The notes under the pieces were generated by a model. That model saw only the letters and a program-made list of their open reading frames with translations. It had not been told where the DNA came from and ran no database searches. From the NCBI GenBank assembly GCA_046347475.1, contig JAXMGD010000003.1:453242-517241 (forward strand): a stretch of 64,000 nt of DNA, written 5' to 3'. This document shows, piece by piece, positions 39,237 to 49,531 of this stretch. The stretch is from Marinagarivorans sp. GTDB lineage: Bacteria; Pseudomonadota; Gammaproteobacteria; Pseudomonadales; Cellvibrionaceae. Positions within the stretch are counted from its first letter, which is position 1, and every line of letters begins with the position of its first letter. Position numbers and translations under genes: made by a program.

Positions 39237-39944
39237 ATGAGCTTAAGTAAAACGATTTTGATTGTGGATGATGAGCCCGCCATTCGCGACATGCTGCGGG
39301 TGGCCTTGGAAATGGCCAATTACCAGGTGCTTGAAGCTGGCGACGCCAAAGCCGCCCACGGCCTCATAGTGGATAACAAACCGGATTTAATTTTGCTCGA
39401 TTGGATGATGCCCGGCACCAGCGGCATGGAGCTGGCCCGCCGCCTAAAACGCGATGAACTCACCGCCGCCATCCCCATCATCATGCTCACCGCCAAGGTG
39501 GAAGAGGACAACAAAATCCAAGGCCTTGAAGTAGGCGCCGACGATTACATCACCAAACCCTTCTCCCCCCGCGAGCTGGTGGCGCGCCTTAAAGCCGTAT
39601 TGCGCCGCACCGACACCCTCACCAGCGGCGACCCGATAAAAGCCGGTGAGCTGGTGCTGGACCCGGTCAGCCACCGGGTGAGCATTCAAGGCACCCCCGT
39701 GCAAATGGGGCCAACCGAGTACCGCCTGCTGGAGTTTTTCCTCACCCACCAAGAGCGGGTGTACAGCCGCAGCCAATTGCTGGACCATGTGTGGGGCGGC
39801 AATGTGTATGTGGAAGAGCGCACAGTGGATGTACACATTCGCCGCCTGCGCAAAGCCATAGGCATTGCCGATCACGACCAATTTATCCAGACTGTGCGCG
39901 GGGCGGGCTACCGCTTTTCACTCAAGCACACTTCTAACGAATAA
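39237..39944 (+). CDS. phoB: Phosphate-regulon response regulator PhoB
   Basis: ILIVDDEPAIRDML...LILLDWMMPGTSG receiver plus winged-helix OmpR/PhoB C-terminus. Followed by phoR. Confidence 0.85.
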   Translation: MSLSKTILIVDDEPAIRDMLRVALEMANYQVLEAGDAKAAHGLIVDNKPDLILLDWMMPGTSGMELARRLKRDELTAAIPIIMLTAKVEEDNKIQGLEVGADDYITKPFSPRELVARLKAVLRRTDTLTSGDPIKAGELVLDPVSHRVSIQGTPVQMGPTEYRLLEFFLTHQERVYSRSQLLDHVWGGNVYVEERTVDVHIRRLRKAIGIADHDQFIQTVRGAGYRFSLKHTSNE

Positions 39945-39952
39945 GATTATCT

Positions 39953-41248
39953 ATGCCACTTGAAGGTTATCGCCTCGAACTCTTAGGGCTTGCAGGCTTT
40001 ATCAGTGCGCTGGGCTTATTGGGCTATTTTTTTGATGCCACCGCACTGGGCCTGTTAATCGCCACCAGCCTCTACTGCTGCCGCATCCTTTATCAAACCC
40101 ACCGCTTAGGCCGCTGGATCTACCAGGCTCGCCGCAGTACCGAAGCGGATGAGGGGCTATCCAGTGTGTGGAGCGATATAGCCGAAGATGTGCGCTTTTT
40201 ACAGCTGCGCCACGACCGAGAAAAACAACGCCTGCAAGCAGTAGTGGTGCGTGTGCAAGAGATGACCACGGCGCTGACCGACGGCGTTATCCTCATCGAC
40301 AAGCGCGACAACGTCGAATGGTGGAACCAAGCGGCCGGGCATCTGTTCGGTTTTAAAGAGGTCGACCAGGGCCACAAACTCACCAACATCATCCGCGCCC
40401 CCAAATTCGTCCACTACTTCGACCAGCGCAGCTACCAACAACCGCTGGAGCTCAACGCCTTTCGCAAGGACGATTTGCAACTGCAAATTCAAGTACACCC
40501 CTTCGGCCAGGGCGAGCGCTTGGTGGTGGCCCGCGATATCAGCCGGGTTTATAAACTCGAACAAATGCGCAAAGACTTTATCGCTAACCTCTCCCACGAA
40601 CTGCGCACCCCCCTCACCGTCATCAAAGGCTATCTAGAAACCCTCACCGACAGCGAGCAAATGCCCCGCACCTGGCAGCAGCCCATGGCCCAAATGAGCG
40701 GCCAGGCCGCCCGCATGAATAGCCTGATTGAAGACCTGATGACCCTCTCCAAGCTCGAAACCCAAGAGCGCGAACCCCAGCGCCACCCAGTGGCCTTAGG
40801 CCCGCTCTTGACGGGTATCATCGAAGACGCCAAAGCCCTAAGCGCCAGCCGGGGCCACGAATTTGTCCTGCAGGGCGAGCTGGCTACCAGCCTGCTGGGC
40901 AACAGCGATGAACTGCGCAGCGCCTTCGCCAATTTGGTGGTGAACGCCGTAAATTACTCGCCCAATGGCGGCAAGATTATTATCTCGGTGCAGCGCGCAA
41001 GCGGCGGCCTTGAGGTCTCTGTGAAGGACAATGGCGTGGGCATAGACCCCAAACACATCCCGCGCTTAACCGAGCGCTTCTACCGCGTAGACCCCAGCCG
41101 CTCAGTGCTCACCGGCGGCACAGGCTTAGGCCTTGCCATAGTCAAACACATCCTCTTGCGCCACCAGGCCCAACTGCGCATCAACTCCATGCCGGGCAAA
41201 GGCAGCACCTTTTATTGCGAATTTCCCCAAGAGGCGGTGGCTACTTAG
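39953..41248 (+). CDS. phoR: Phosphate-regulon sensor kinase PhoR
   Basis: Two N-terminal TM segments, PAS, H-box LSHELRTPLTVIKGY, HATPase (GTGLGLAIVKH). Confidence 0.85.
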   Translation: MPLEGYRLELLGLAGFISALGLLGYFFDATALGLLIATSLYCCRILYQTHRLGRWIYQARRSTEADEGLSSVWSDIAEDVRFLQLRHDREKQRLQAVVVRVQEMTTALTDGVILIDKRDNVEWWNQAAGHLFGFKEVDQGHKLTNIIRAPKFVHYFDQRSYQQPLELNAFRKDDLQLQIQVHPFGQGERLVVARDISRVYKLEQMRKDFIANLSHELRTPLTVIKGYLETLTDSEQMPRTWQQPMAQMSGQAARMNSLIEDLMTLSKLETQEREPQRHPVALGPLLTGIIEDAKALSASRGHEFVLQGELATSLLGNSDELRSAFANLVVNAVNYSPNGGKIIISVQRASGGLEVSVKDNGVGIDPKHIPRLTERFYRVDPSRSVLTGGTGLGLAIVKHILLRHQAQLRINSMPGKGSTFYCEFPQEAVAT

Positions 41249-41277
41249 TTGCAGGCTGACTCCTGCTGCTGCGGTTC

Positions 41278-41300
41278 AACCCATCGTTGGATGGGTTTTG
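41278..41300 (+). terminator. Probable intrinsic terminator after phoR
   Basis: aacccatc-gttg-gatgggtt followed by a short T-run (ttttg). Confidence 0.45.
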
Positions 41301-41575
41301 CGGCTTAATGGAGGGGCGTACATTGTGCCCGGTATTCCGGCTGTTCATGAACAGCCGCGGCACAGAGTTAAATGCCTCGGCCTTGATGGAAAGCTTGTTG
41401 GGTGTGAAGTGCCTTTTGGTTCTGAATAGAGCGAACAACCCTCAGATTGCCCGGCACTTTTTTCGAGCAGTGTCACAAGGGAAAAATTCTTAACCGATTA
41501 ATCCGGCCGCGTGGTTAATAAAGGCAGCTAAACTAGTGGTTGTCAGCGTGAATATATACAAAGGGGCATCCACAA

Positions 41576-42946
41576 ATGCGTTATATGGATAAAAAATTTT
41601 CCATTCTTATCTTGTGCTTTATGTCTGTATTTTCCGTGGCAGCCGAACAACCCAAATGGGTTGCAGGATCTTGGGTCAGTATTCGCAAAACTATTGACGC
41701 TACTAGCCCGATTGTCGATCACCTCGTTACGAATTCTGCGGTAAACCAAATTAACAAAAACGATAAAGTATGCGAAATATCTTGGGCGCAACAGGGGCGT
41801 GGTTTTGTGCCCTGCGAATTTTTAGGGGATAAACCACTTCAATTTTCCGAACTGCTTGTCAAGCTGGATTCCGCAGTCCCACATCGCGACTCTACGCCTT
41901 TACGAGCATTTTGGCTTAAACCCACTGCGGCGGGCTTATTTCAAGCGGCTGATTATTTTCATGGGACATTGCTAACGGATGCACAACGGCAGGGTGAAGT
42001 AGGTGATTCCAGCGCCTTTGCGCCGGGTAAATTAATCCGCTATGCGGTGCCAGAGCTTGAAGCGATGAAAAGCGTATTAAGCAAAGGAATCGTTGCTCCG
42101 GCAGAAGCGTTTGTACCCTTGATCAGTTGTCGTGAAATTCAATCCGCACAGGATAAAATCAAGGGCGATTGGGAGCAGGTTACATCCTCATGGGCCTCTC
42201 AGATGCGCTTACAATATCCTTATAGTCCCTATACTTCATTTAGAGGCCCCTGCCGAGTTAGTGGCGTACCTAAGCTTAATCTGCCCACTGTTAAACCATC
42301 ATTTTTTACCAATGCGGCACAACTGGCTAGTGGCGATGCTACCGTCGAGGAACTTAGTGCCCGGTTTGGCATTCTGGAAAAGGGCCGAGTTCTGGGCGGG
42401 CCGCGATGGGAGTTAGATTACGACGCCTACCGCTACACGGGGGCTTGGGATATAGGAAAATACGAGCTCCAACTTACGCAGCCCATTTACGAGCATGTCA
42501 TAGGCCGCAACGGGTTAATAGGCGTTTATCGATGGCAACCCAAATCTATCATTACGCCGAACGGTGTAAGTTCCTATTGTGTTGAAGGACTGCGCAACAA
42601 ACGAATGGGCAAAGAATTGGTGCCCGGATATCCAGCCGTAAAAGGCGATTTATTTTGGTTCCAAACCAACACAGCGCTGCCTTTTAAATCTGCCAAAATT
42701 TCGCGCGCAGTGGTTATGGCTCCTGAAAATAAAAACGCCGATCCTTCATTGCAGTTAGCAAATAAAGTGGCAGTTTATGAAATTGACATTAATAGTGACG
42801 GGATAGTTGATTTTGTCCAGTGGGATGCTTGGGGGAAGCCGCAAATTGCGGGACCGGATCCCTTGTTGGTTTCGCGTAGAGTTTTCGTAAATATCTCAGG
42901 TATTTGGTACCCGCTAAGCATGGATGGCTACGGTGAATGTACCTAA
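41576..42946 (+). CDS. Secreted hypothetical protein (456 aa) in a lower-GC islet
   Basis: Signal peptide MRYMDKKFSILILCFMSVFSVAA. No recognisable catalytic motif. Local GC is clearly below the flanks. Confidence 0.6.
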   Translation: MRYMDKKFSILILCFMSVFSVAAEQPKWVAGSWVSIRKTIDATSPIVDHLVTNSAVNQINKNDKVCEISWAQQGRGFVPCEFLGDKPLQFSELLVKLDSAVPHRDSTPLRAFWLKPTAAGLFQAADYFHGTLLTDAQRQGEVGDSSAFAPGKLIRYAVPELEAMKSVLSKGIVAPAEAFVPLISCREIQSAQDKIKGDWEQVTSSWASQMRLQYPYSPYTSFRGPCRVSGVPKLNLPTVKPSFFTNAAQLASGDATVEELSARFGILEKGRVLGGPRWELDYDAYRYTGAWDIGKYELQLTQPIYEHVIGRNGLIGVYRWQPKSIITPNGVSSYCVEGLRNKRMGKELVPGYPAVKGDLFWFQTNTALPFKSAKISRAVVMAPENKNADPSLQLANKVAVYEIDINSDGIVDFVQWDAWGKPQIAGPDPLLVSRRVFVNISGIWYPLSMDGYGECT

Positions 42947-42952
42947 TCATTT

Positions 42953-43582
42953 CTAAATGGACTTTTCATTTTTGCCTATAGGCAAGCCCAGCAACGTACC
43001 CAAAAACAATCCCTGGGCCAACACCAAAAATAGTGCTTTATAGGGCAACAATACGCTCGGCATGCCAGTAAATCGTAAAACCATGGCAAACAATCCCACC
43101 GCCAAAGAGGCCAGTAAAAAGCTCTTTGGCAGAGGGGTTAAGAAATATGGGAGCAGGAAAAATCCAGTTGCAACACCTAGCGCTATTACCAGCAACATAG
43201 GAATTTCTGTAACCCAGTAATATTGGCACAGACTTATCCATTCAAGGCATTGATATTTCCACTGCTCATGCAACATAAATTGCTCATCACACGCCATCAG
43301 CATCAGCGCAATTGCCAGCCAAGCGGATAATAGTGGCGGCAGAGCTCGCTCTTGCCACAGACGCAAACTCAAAATAGCAATTGCCCACATTTGTGCACTT
43401 GAAAGCCAAGCTACTGGAGAATCGTCAGTGCGGAATGCAATTTCTGGTGTTGGCCAATAAAGCGAGAAGCTAACAGCCATGAATACTATGGCTGCCAGTA
43501 CACTTATAAGAATGGGCAGTATGCCAGAGCGTTGTTTGGCCCGAATTAAATGCACCCTAACTCCAAAATATTGACTGAGCAT
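42953..43582 (-). CDS. Hypothetical polytopic membrane protein (209 aa)
   Basis: Five to six hydrophobic helices. No family recognised. Confidence 0.55.
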   Translation of the reverse strand: MLSQYFGVRVHLIRAKQRSGILPILISVLAAIVFMAVSFSLYWPTPEIAFRTDDSPVAWLSSAQMWAIAILSLRLWQERALPPLLSAWLAIALMLMACDEQFMLHEQWKYQCLEWISLCQYYWVTEIPMLLVIALGVATGFFLLPYFLTPLPKSFLLASLAVGLFAMVLRFTGMPSVLLPYKALFLVLAQGLFLGTLLGLPIGKNEKSI

Positions 43583-43656
43583 TTAGGCGGCACCAGTTGG
43601 CTTAAGTGATAAGGATTTTGTTGCGTCAAAATAGGTGTAGTCAATATTAGTTCGGT

Positions 43657-45015
43657 TTATGCCCGCACCGTCCCCTTCACATACCCCACGCGCCCATTGT
43701 CCGTAAAATTCTTATGCAGTGAGGCAATATCAATGCCCAGTGCAACACCAAGAGTTTTGGCGGCGGCGGTGTGGGTGTCGGCGCGGGCAATTGACGCCGA
43801 GGTGATATCGGCGGCGCCATAAATGCCGTTGGCTATCACGCTTACGCCACCGGTAACGCCAGGATTAATATTTTTGCCGATCATGACCATTACAGCATGG
43901 TTACCAAAATGATCGCGACCTGCGCGACTGGTGACCTTGCTGGAGCCGTTTAAATCGCGGCCAAAGACGTTCATGGTGGCGAAGGTGGCTGCATCCTGTT
44001 GGTTTAAAGAGGCTAAAGCATCCATAACCGCTTGAATGCCTGCTACACCTTGTTTGCTGCCGCCATGATCGCTGCCTTGGAACCACTCATCATAAAGGTC
44101 GGCATCTTCGTGGTTGTCTAACCCGAATGGGATGCGCAGGGTCACCACTGGGGAGACTTTTGCCGCTACTAGGGCCGCAGCAGCTAAGGCTTGGCCCTGC
44201 ACACTGTTATCGGTGATCGCCGTTAGCGTGCTGGCGAGGTTATCGGCCAATTTGCGCACCTGGGTTTGGCTGCTGGCGAGGGCATCCAAAAAAGCCAATT
44301 GCGCTTTATTGCCACCTTCTTTTAATAAACCGTTTAAATCATTAAGGGTTTGATCGCGCAGGCTGCGCAGTTTAACCAGCGGATTATTTTTATTGCCGCT
44401 TAATAATTCTTTTAATTGCAAAGGGCTAATGGCTGAAAGCGGGCGACCGGAAAAACTTAATTGCTCCAAACTGTTTCCACCTGCGCCCACCGCTACAGGT
44501 TCGGTTAACACGGTTCCTAAACAGGGTGCTAAATGTTTGGCATAAATGGACGGCAACATTTCATTGTTGGCCGTTTTACCCATTAATTTAAGGGATTTTG
44601 GATGGTCGCCGTGGACCGTTGCCGAGGTGATATGGTGGAAAAAATTCGTGCGGGCGCGCACCGAATCACTCAGGCTTGCCCATATTTTTGCACCATTAAT
44701 ACTGCTGCCGCCGAGGCTAATGGGAGTGCTGGCAAATTCTGCTTGTGCCGGATGAATTAATGCAGGGATGTCGTAGGTGCCCGGCACATTACAATTAATT
44801 GGGCAGCCAGCGCTGGAGGCGCTCACCACTAAAAATTGTGCGCGGCTGCTGGCACTGAGTGCACAGGTTAATTCGTCTGCAGAAGCCGCTTGTGGGTTGG
44901 CTAAAAACCAAGCCGGCAAGCCGGTGGCAAGTGCGCGCAGCCCCAACAAGCCACCGCCAAATAATCCACTTAATAACAGAGCGCGTTTATTGTGATCGTG
45001 CGATGAACGGGTCAT
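43657..45015 (-). CDS. DUF1501-like (sulfatase/alkaline-phosphatase superfamily) secreted protein; tentative
   Basis: 452 aa. N-terminal hydrophobic signal-like region. C-terminal GRDHFGNH resembles the conserved GRDH of DUF1501. Start codon overlaps the stop of the upstream gene. Confidence 0.45.
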   Translation of the reverse strand: MTRSSHDHNKRALLLSGLFGGGLLGLRALATGLPAWFLANPQAASADELTCALSASSRAQFLVVSASSAGCPINCNVPGTYDIPALIHPAQAEFASTPISLGGSSINGAKIWASLSDSVRARTNFFHHITSATVHGDHPKSLKLMGKTANNEMLPSIYAKHLAPCLGTVLTEPVAVGAGGNSLEQLSFSGRPLSAISPLQLKELLSGNKNNPLVKLRSLRDQTLNDLNGLLKEGGNKAQLAFLDALASSQTQVRKLADNLASTLTAITDNSVQGQALAAAALVAAKVSPVVTLRIPFGLDNHEDADLYDEWFQGSDHGGSKQGVAGIQAVMDALASLNQQDAATFATMNVFGRDLNGSSKVTSRAGRDHFGNHAVMVMIGKNINPGVTGGVSVIANGIYGAADITSASIARADTHTAAAKTLGVALGIDIASLHKNFTDNGRVGYVKGTVRA

Positions 45016-45016
45016 G

Positions 45017-47557
45017 TTAAATTCCTAAACCAGTGGATGAAGGCGCCAGGCAAGCGGCGACAAAGGTCGAGCGCAGCGAATTGCTGGCGTTAGCGCCTGA
45101 TGCCAGTGCTGCCGTGTTATGGGCTTTTAAAATGCTTACGGCGCGGGCGTGTTTTGGATCCGCAGGCGGCAGTGCCATCAGCGTGCTCACCATATCCTCA
45201 AGCGCCAGCGCAACATTGCTGCTGCTAAATACTTTGTATTGGCTGCCATCTACCACTAGGTTAGCCGCCGCCTCACACAGCAACTCACTGGCGCTGCGGT
45301 AAAAAATAGTCGGGTCTGCTGCGGTGACCGGTTCGGCCACACCTCGGCTAAACGCATCGGCGGGCAGCGCACCGGCCAAGCGCCCGATACTGCTTTTCTC
45401 TTCAATTAACGGCAGCGCTATTTGGCAAAGGTCGGCCACTTTTAGACGGTTGGACAGCGCCTGACAAAGCTGCTGGCGGCGCACGATACTAATGGTAATT
45501 CCCTGATTGGCCGTGGTTTGCGTACTGCTGCTGCCGGTCACTAAGGGAGAGGTGAATAGATCAATGAGTAAGGATTTAAAATCAAAATTAGCATCGGCAA
45601 AGGCTTTGGCGATCTCGCGCATCTGCGGGTCGGTTTCATCACAACCACTGGAATTGGCGAAGAAACATAATTTCTGCGTCATTTCCAGCGCAAAGCGATT
45701 AATTTTATCGCCCTGCACACTCTCGTCACTCACCTGCTTAATAAATTGGCCAAATTCCAACAGTGATTTTCCATTGCCTGCTACGTCGCCAAAACCAAAA
45801 CTCGGTTGCGCGCCGGAGCCTGCGGCATTACCTGTTTTTGGTTTGTCATTGTCGTTGTACCAGTTTTTAAAGAACTGGCGCATGGGGTCCAAACTCTTGT
45901 GGCAGGCAAAGCACTCTGAGGTGGATACCGCATGGGTGCCATCGACTGCGGCTGTATTGGGCGGTACTGGAATACTCTGTGCGGCGCTGGTAAAACCCTG
46001 CCCGAGCGCCACTAATAATGCCTGATTAACCGTAACGCGATGGGAATTACTGTCGTTGGTATTCCACACACCTAAAAATGCGGGGGTAGTGAAATAACTA
46101 ATACGCGGCGCTACTGAAGGGAGTGTATTGCCCGATGCGCGCAATTTAATTAATTCCCAGGGTTCTATGCGCGTGCCGCGCACTATTTTCACCATTTTCC
46201 AATCGCTTAAATCCTGCGGAGTAAAATAGGGTTTAGTGGCCCGCTCCCAACAGGGCGTATCGCTCATGCCTGGGCCTGTGCCTGTGTCCCTATCCACACT
46301 GCCGAGCAACACATGGAATAAATAAACGTTGCCAGGGAATTGTGCTTCTAAGCTGGAATCACCGTTGCAATTATCGGTAAATTTGCGATCGGCCGTGATG
46401 GTTGTAGGCGCCTCGTAACCGAATACCATGTAATCGGGGCTATTGGGGTTGAGCGTATCGGCCAAGGCCGGGCGACGGCCATAGTTGTAGCGCCATTTCA
46501 TAACATTGGCATTTGAAGCGGTATCGTAATTGGCCTCAATTTGCATATAGAGGCTCTTTAATGCCGTAGTCATCATAAATTCGTCGGTGGTGAGCAGATC
46601 CGCGAAGGAGCGGCCATCTTTGACAAACTGCAGTGCTGTGCGCGCAAAACTCTCCTTCATATTTTTAAATAACATGGGGAAAGCACTGTCACCGTAAATA
46701 CCATAGGGCAAATTAAATGCACCCGGGCGATCGCGTAATTGGCTTTTAAAATCCTCTACTGAAAGCGACGACTGCTGAAACGTATTGGCAAAATAAAACA
46801 GCATTTTTTCGTCAAATTCCGGTGTATTCATCCATTCGCCAATTAAGGTGCGCAGCGCATCCGGTGAGGTACCCTTAGCTAATTCTGCATCCGTGGGCGC
46901 AAGGCCTGTCAGTACATTTTTAATTTTGCGCAGTGCGCTGGCTGCAGGTAAGGGTGCGTCGAACTGACTGCTGCCGGGGTTGTTAGTATTTAAATAATTA
47001 GCGCGGATAAACGCAGTAATTGCCTTGGCACAATTACTATCACAGGCGCCCACATTGCCCTTGGGCATATTGGTCAGGATGAAATCGCTCAGGGCAGCAT
47101 CGGTTACGAATTTTGCGGCATTAATTTTAAATTGGCCCTGACCGTCGGCGCCGGCGATGCTGCTGGAATCGTGGCATGTAGCGCATAACTGCTGATATTT
47201 TCCTTGGCCTACTGTTGCCAAATTACCTGAGCTGGATGAGCTTGAACTAGAACTGCTAGAGCTAGAAGATTTTCCTGAACTGGAGCTGGAGCTGGAGCTG
47301 GAGCTGGAGCTGGAGCTGGAGCTGGAGCTGGAGCTGGAGCTGGAACTTTTGCCCGAGCTAGAGCTGGATGCCTTTCCTGAGCTTGAACTGCTGGAACTAG
47401 AACTGGAGGCTCTGCCACTACTTGATGAGGTGCTGGACGAAGTCCCTCCAATCCCTGAGCTAGAAGAGCCCGACGAGCTAGAGGCGGGATCAGTACCACT
47501 GCAGGCAGCCACGAGGCTCGACAGCAGCAGGCAAATTGCCAAGGAATGTATGCGCAT
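45017..47557 (-). CDS. Lipoprotein with poly-Ser linker, c-type cytochrome motif (CATCH) and a large DUF1549/DUF1553 (or DUF1800)-like domain; tentative family
   Basis: Lipobox LVAACSG. About 90 aa of Ser/Gly linker. CxxCH heme motif with a downstream Met (TNMPKG). About 650-aa C-terminal domain containing ECFACHKSLDP. Translationally coupled to the DUF1501-like gene. Confidence 0.55.
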   Translation of the reverse strand: MRIHSLAICLLLSSLVAACSGTDPASSSSGSSSSGIGGTSSSTSSSSGRASSSSSSSSSSGKASSSSSGKSSSSSSSSSSSSSSSSSSSSSSSSGKSSSSSSSSSSSSSSGNLATVGQGKYQQLCATCHDSSSIAGADGQGQFKINAAKFVTDAALSDFILTNMPKGNVGACDSNCAKAITAFIRANYLNTNNPGSSQFDAPLPAASALRKIKNVLTGLAPTDAELAKGTSPDALRTLIGEWMNTPEFDEKMLFYFANTFQQSSLSVEDFKSQLRDRPGAFNLPYGIYGDSAFPMLFKNMKESFARTALQFVKDGRSFADLLTTDEFMMTTALKSLYMQIEANYDTASNANVMKWRYNYGRRPALADTLNPNSPDYMVFGYEAPTTITADRKFTDNCNGDSSLEAQFPGNVYLFHVLLGSVDRDTGTGPGMSDTPCWERATKPYFTPQDLSDWKMVKIVRGTRIEPWELIKLRASGNTLPSVAPRISYFTTPAFLGVWNTNDSNSHRVTVNQALLVALGQGFTSAAQSIPVPPNTAAVDGTHAVSTSECFACHKSLDPMRQFFKNWYNDNDKPKTGNAAGSGAQPSFGFGDVAGNGKSLLEFGQFIKQVSDESVQGDKINRFALEMTQKLCFFANSSGCDETDPQMREIAKAFADANFDFKSLLIDLFTSPLVTGSSSTQTTANQGITISIVRRQQLCQALSNRLKVADLCQIALPLIEEKSSIGRLAGALPADAFSRGVAEPVTAADPTIFYRSASELLCEAAANLVVDGSQYKVFSSSNVALALEDMVSTLMALPPADPKHARAVSILKAHNTAALASGANASNSLRSTFVAACLAPSSTGLGI

Positions 47558-47988
47558 AGGTAACCTTATAGAACTGGGAGATAAGTACCAGGAAGGAGCG
47601 AGTAGAGTATTAATACTGAAGTCTAATCAAATTCCAAATAGTCCAGCGTGACTGGGCGCGTGTTTTGCGGTGTCTTCTGTGGACGCCAGTTTAGCTGAGT
47701 GTGGGAGTGTGACTTGAGTGGCAATTGGCGCAAAACCAATAGCAAAAACTGCGGTGAAATCGAGGTGGTGTTAGCTTAAGACCAGGCGCTTTACCCTGCT
47801 TACACTCGCGGCTGATGGAGCGCAGCGTAAGAATTATGGTATTGAGGTGACTGAAAAGAGAATCGGTTGAGGCTTGCCGCATTTAAATGGGGGTTTGAAA
47901 AAATAATGATACACCTGGCAAGAAGGAAAAACCTCGTTGCAGATAGCCTTCTGCAACGAGGTGTAATGAGTGCATTTAAATGTTTAGA

Positions 47989-49251
47989 CTAATTCCAAAA
48001 CTGCTGAGCTTGTCGCCCCAATTTCTGCTGGCCAGTGGTGTTGGCGTGGCAGGTGTCGGTGCGATCTGAGCTAGTTAAAGGCCCAAAAGCACCTGGATAC
48101 ACCACATTTAAACTGGTATCAGCCGCCGCTTGTTTAGCCATGCTGTCGGTTTTTTCCGGGCCGCCGGCACCGGCTAAATCACAGGTTAAACCCGACGCAT
48201 ACAGGGGCTGGCCAGTAATATAGATCTTGGCGCCGGGTGCCGCGTGGGAGCGAGCATTGGTGATGAGTTTTTTCACTTCATCGTAGGTCACGCCGTTTTG
48301 GGCAAAAATACAAATCATGATCCACACCTCTGAAGGCTTACCGAATTTGGCCACTTGCTGATCAAATTTGCCCCAGGCGGCTGAGGTATTGCTGGTCCAG
48401 TTTTGCACTACATCACCATTAGTGCCATAGGGCGCCCACATCTTTTTGCCGCCCACGGCGCGATACCCAGTTGCGGTATTTTCAGCCATAGAACAGCCAA
48501 TAAATCCCATAGTATCGTTGCCACCGGTTGTTGGCGGAGGCGGTGGTGGCGTAGTGGTGGTATCTAATTTTCCGTCAGCAGAATAAATGCTGAAGCCGCT
48601 AATAGTGGCGTTATCAACTAGGCTTTCTAACGCAATAGTAAGTTTACCGTCGGTGACACGCACATTTTTAACTTCATAAGAATAAGCACCGTTGCGACCG
48701 GCCAATGTATATAAATCCACGTTGGCTAATTCCGTTTTGCCTTCCACTGCAACGTTAAATGAGCGCTTGCCCGCCGAGGTTTGATAAATTTCGGCAAACT
48801 GTAACCGCACGCGATAGGTGCCTGTGGTAACCGGCACATCGTAGGAAAAAGTGCCGTAGCGTTCGGTTTGATACACGGCCGTTTCACTGCCGCCGGTAAT
48901 CGATTCTGTTGTACTGCTGGTATTACCGCCGGAGAAATATTGGTCGGCAAGATAATTTATATCCCCATAGGTTTGCGCTGTGCCGCCGGCATTTATGGCT
49001 ACAACTAATTTTTCATTGGTGTTAGCGCCGCTGGACGAACTGGATGAAGAGCTCGACGACGAGCTAGAAGAGCTAGTAGAACTCGAGGAGCTAGAAGAGC
49101 TGGATGACGATGAGCTAGACGAGGACGAGCTTGATGAAGAGCTGGAGCTAGACGAGCTTTGGCCGCCGCAGCCGCTTATGAGGGAGGCTACAACCATCAA
49201 CCAACCACACGCCAAGCGATGGGACAGCCAGGGAGATATCTGCGTATTCAT
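47989..49251 (-). CDS. Lipoprotein with poly-Ser linker, malectin-like carbohydrate-binding domain, and an uncharacterised C-terminal domain
   Basis: Lipobox LISGCGG. Malectin signature YRVRLQFAEIY...KRSFNVAVEG. T/P-rich second linker (TTTPPPPPPTTGG). Confidence 0.7.
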   Translation of the reverse strand: MNTQISPWLSHRLACGWLMVVASLISGCGGQSSSSSSSSSSSSSSSSSSSSSSSSSSSTSSSSSSSSSSSSSSSGANTNEKLVVAINAGGTAQTYGDINYLADQYFSGGNTSSTTESITGGSETAVYQTERYGTFSYDVPVTTGTYRVRLQFAEIYQTSAGKRSFNVAVEGKTELANVDLYTLAGRNGAYSYEVKNVRVTDGKLTIALESLVDNATISGFSIYSADGKLDTTTTPPPPPPTTGGNDTMGFIGCSMAENTATGYRAVGGKKMWAPYGTNGDVVQNWTSNTSAAWGKFDQQVAKFGKPSEVWIMICIFAQNGVTYDEVKKLITNARSHAAPGAKIYITGQPLYASGLTCDLAGAGGPEKTDSMAKQAAADTSLNVVYPGAFGPLTSSDRTDTCHANTTGQQKLGRQAQQFWN

Positions 49252-49531
49252 TAAATTACCCCTAAACTTAATTTTTTTATCAGGATGATTGCGCGGCGGC
49301 CGTCATTTGCCAGTTTTGCCTCGCGCCGTGTCGGTACATCACATAAACCCAGTCTAAGCGCGGCTAGGTTTTATATGATCAGGGCGAAAGTCTAAAGAGG
49401 ACTTGTGAGGAAATTATGAGGATTCTTTGAGTAAACAATGAGGCGCATACACTCTGTGAAAGGGTAGAGATTTAAGGCATTGCCTGCTAACAGCTGGTTG
49501 ATTTGACCGAGATAATTTTTATCCTCTGCAC

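Noticed and set aside
47349-47651. ORFs on the opposite strand or alternate frames of the poly-Ser linkers (also 47209..47499, 48980..49288, 53995..54396, 54090..54323)
   Set aside because: These are generated by the hexanucleotide repeats. They are acidic or Pro/Ala low-complexity translations with no start context.
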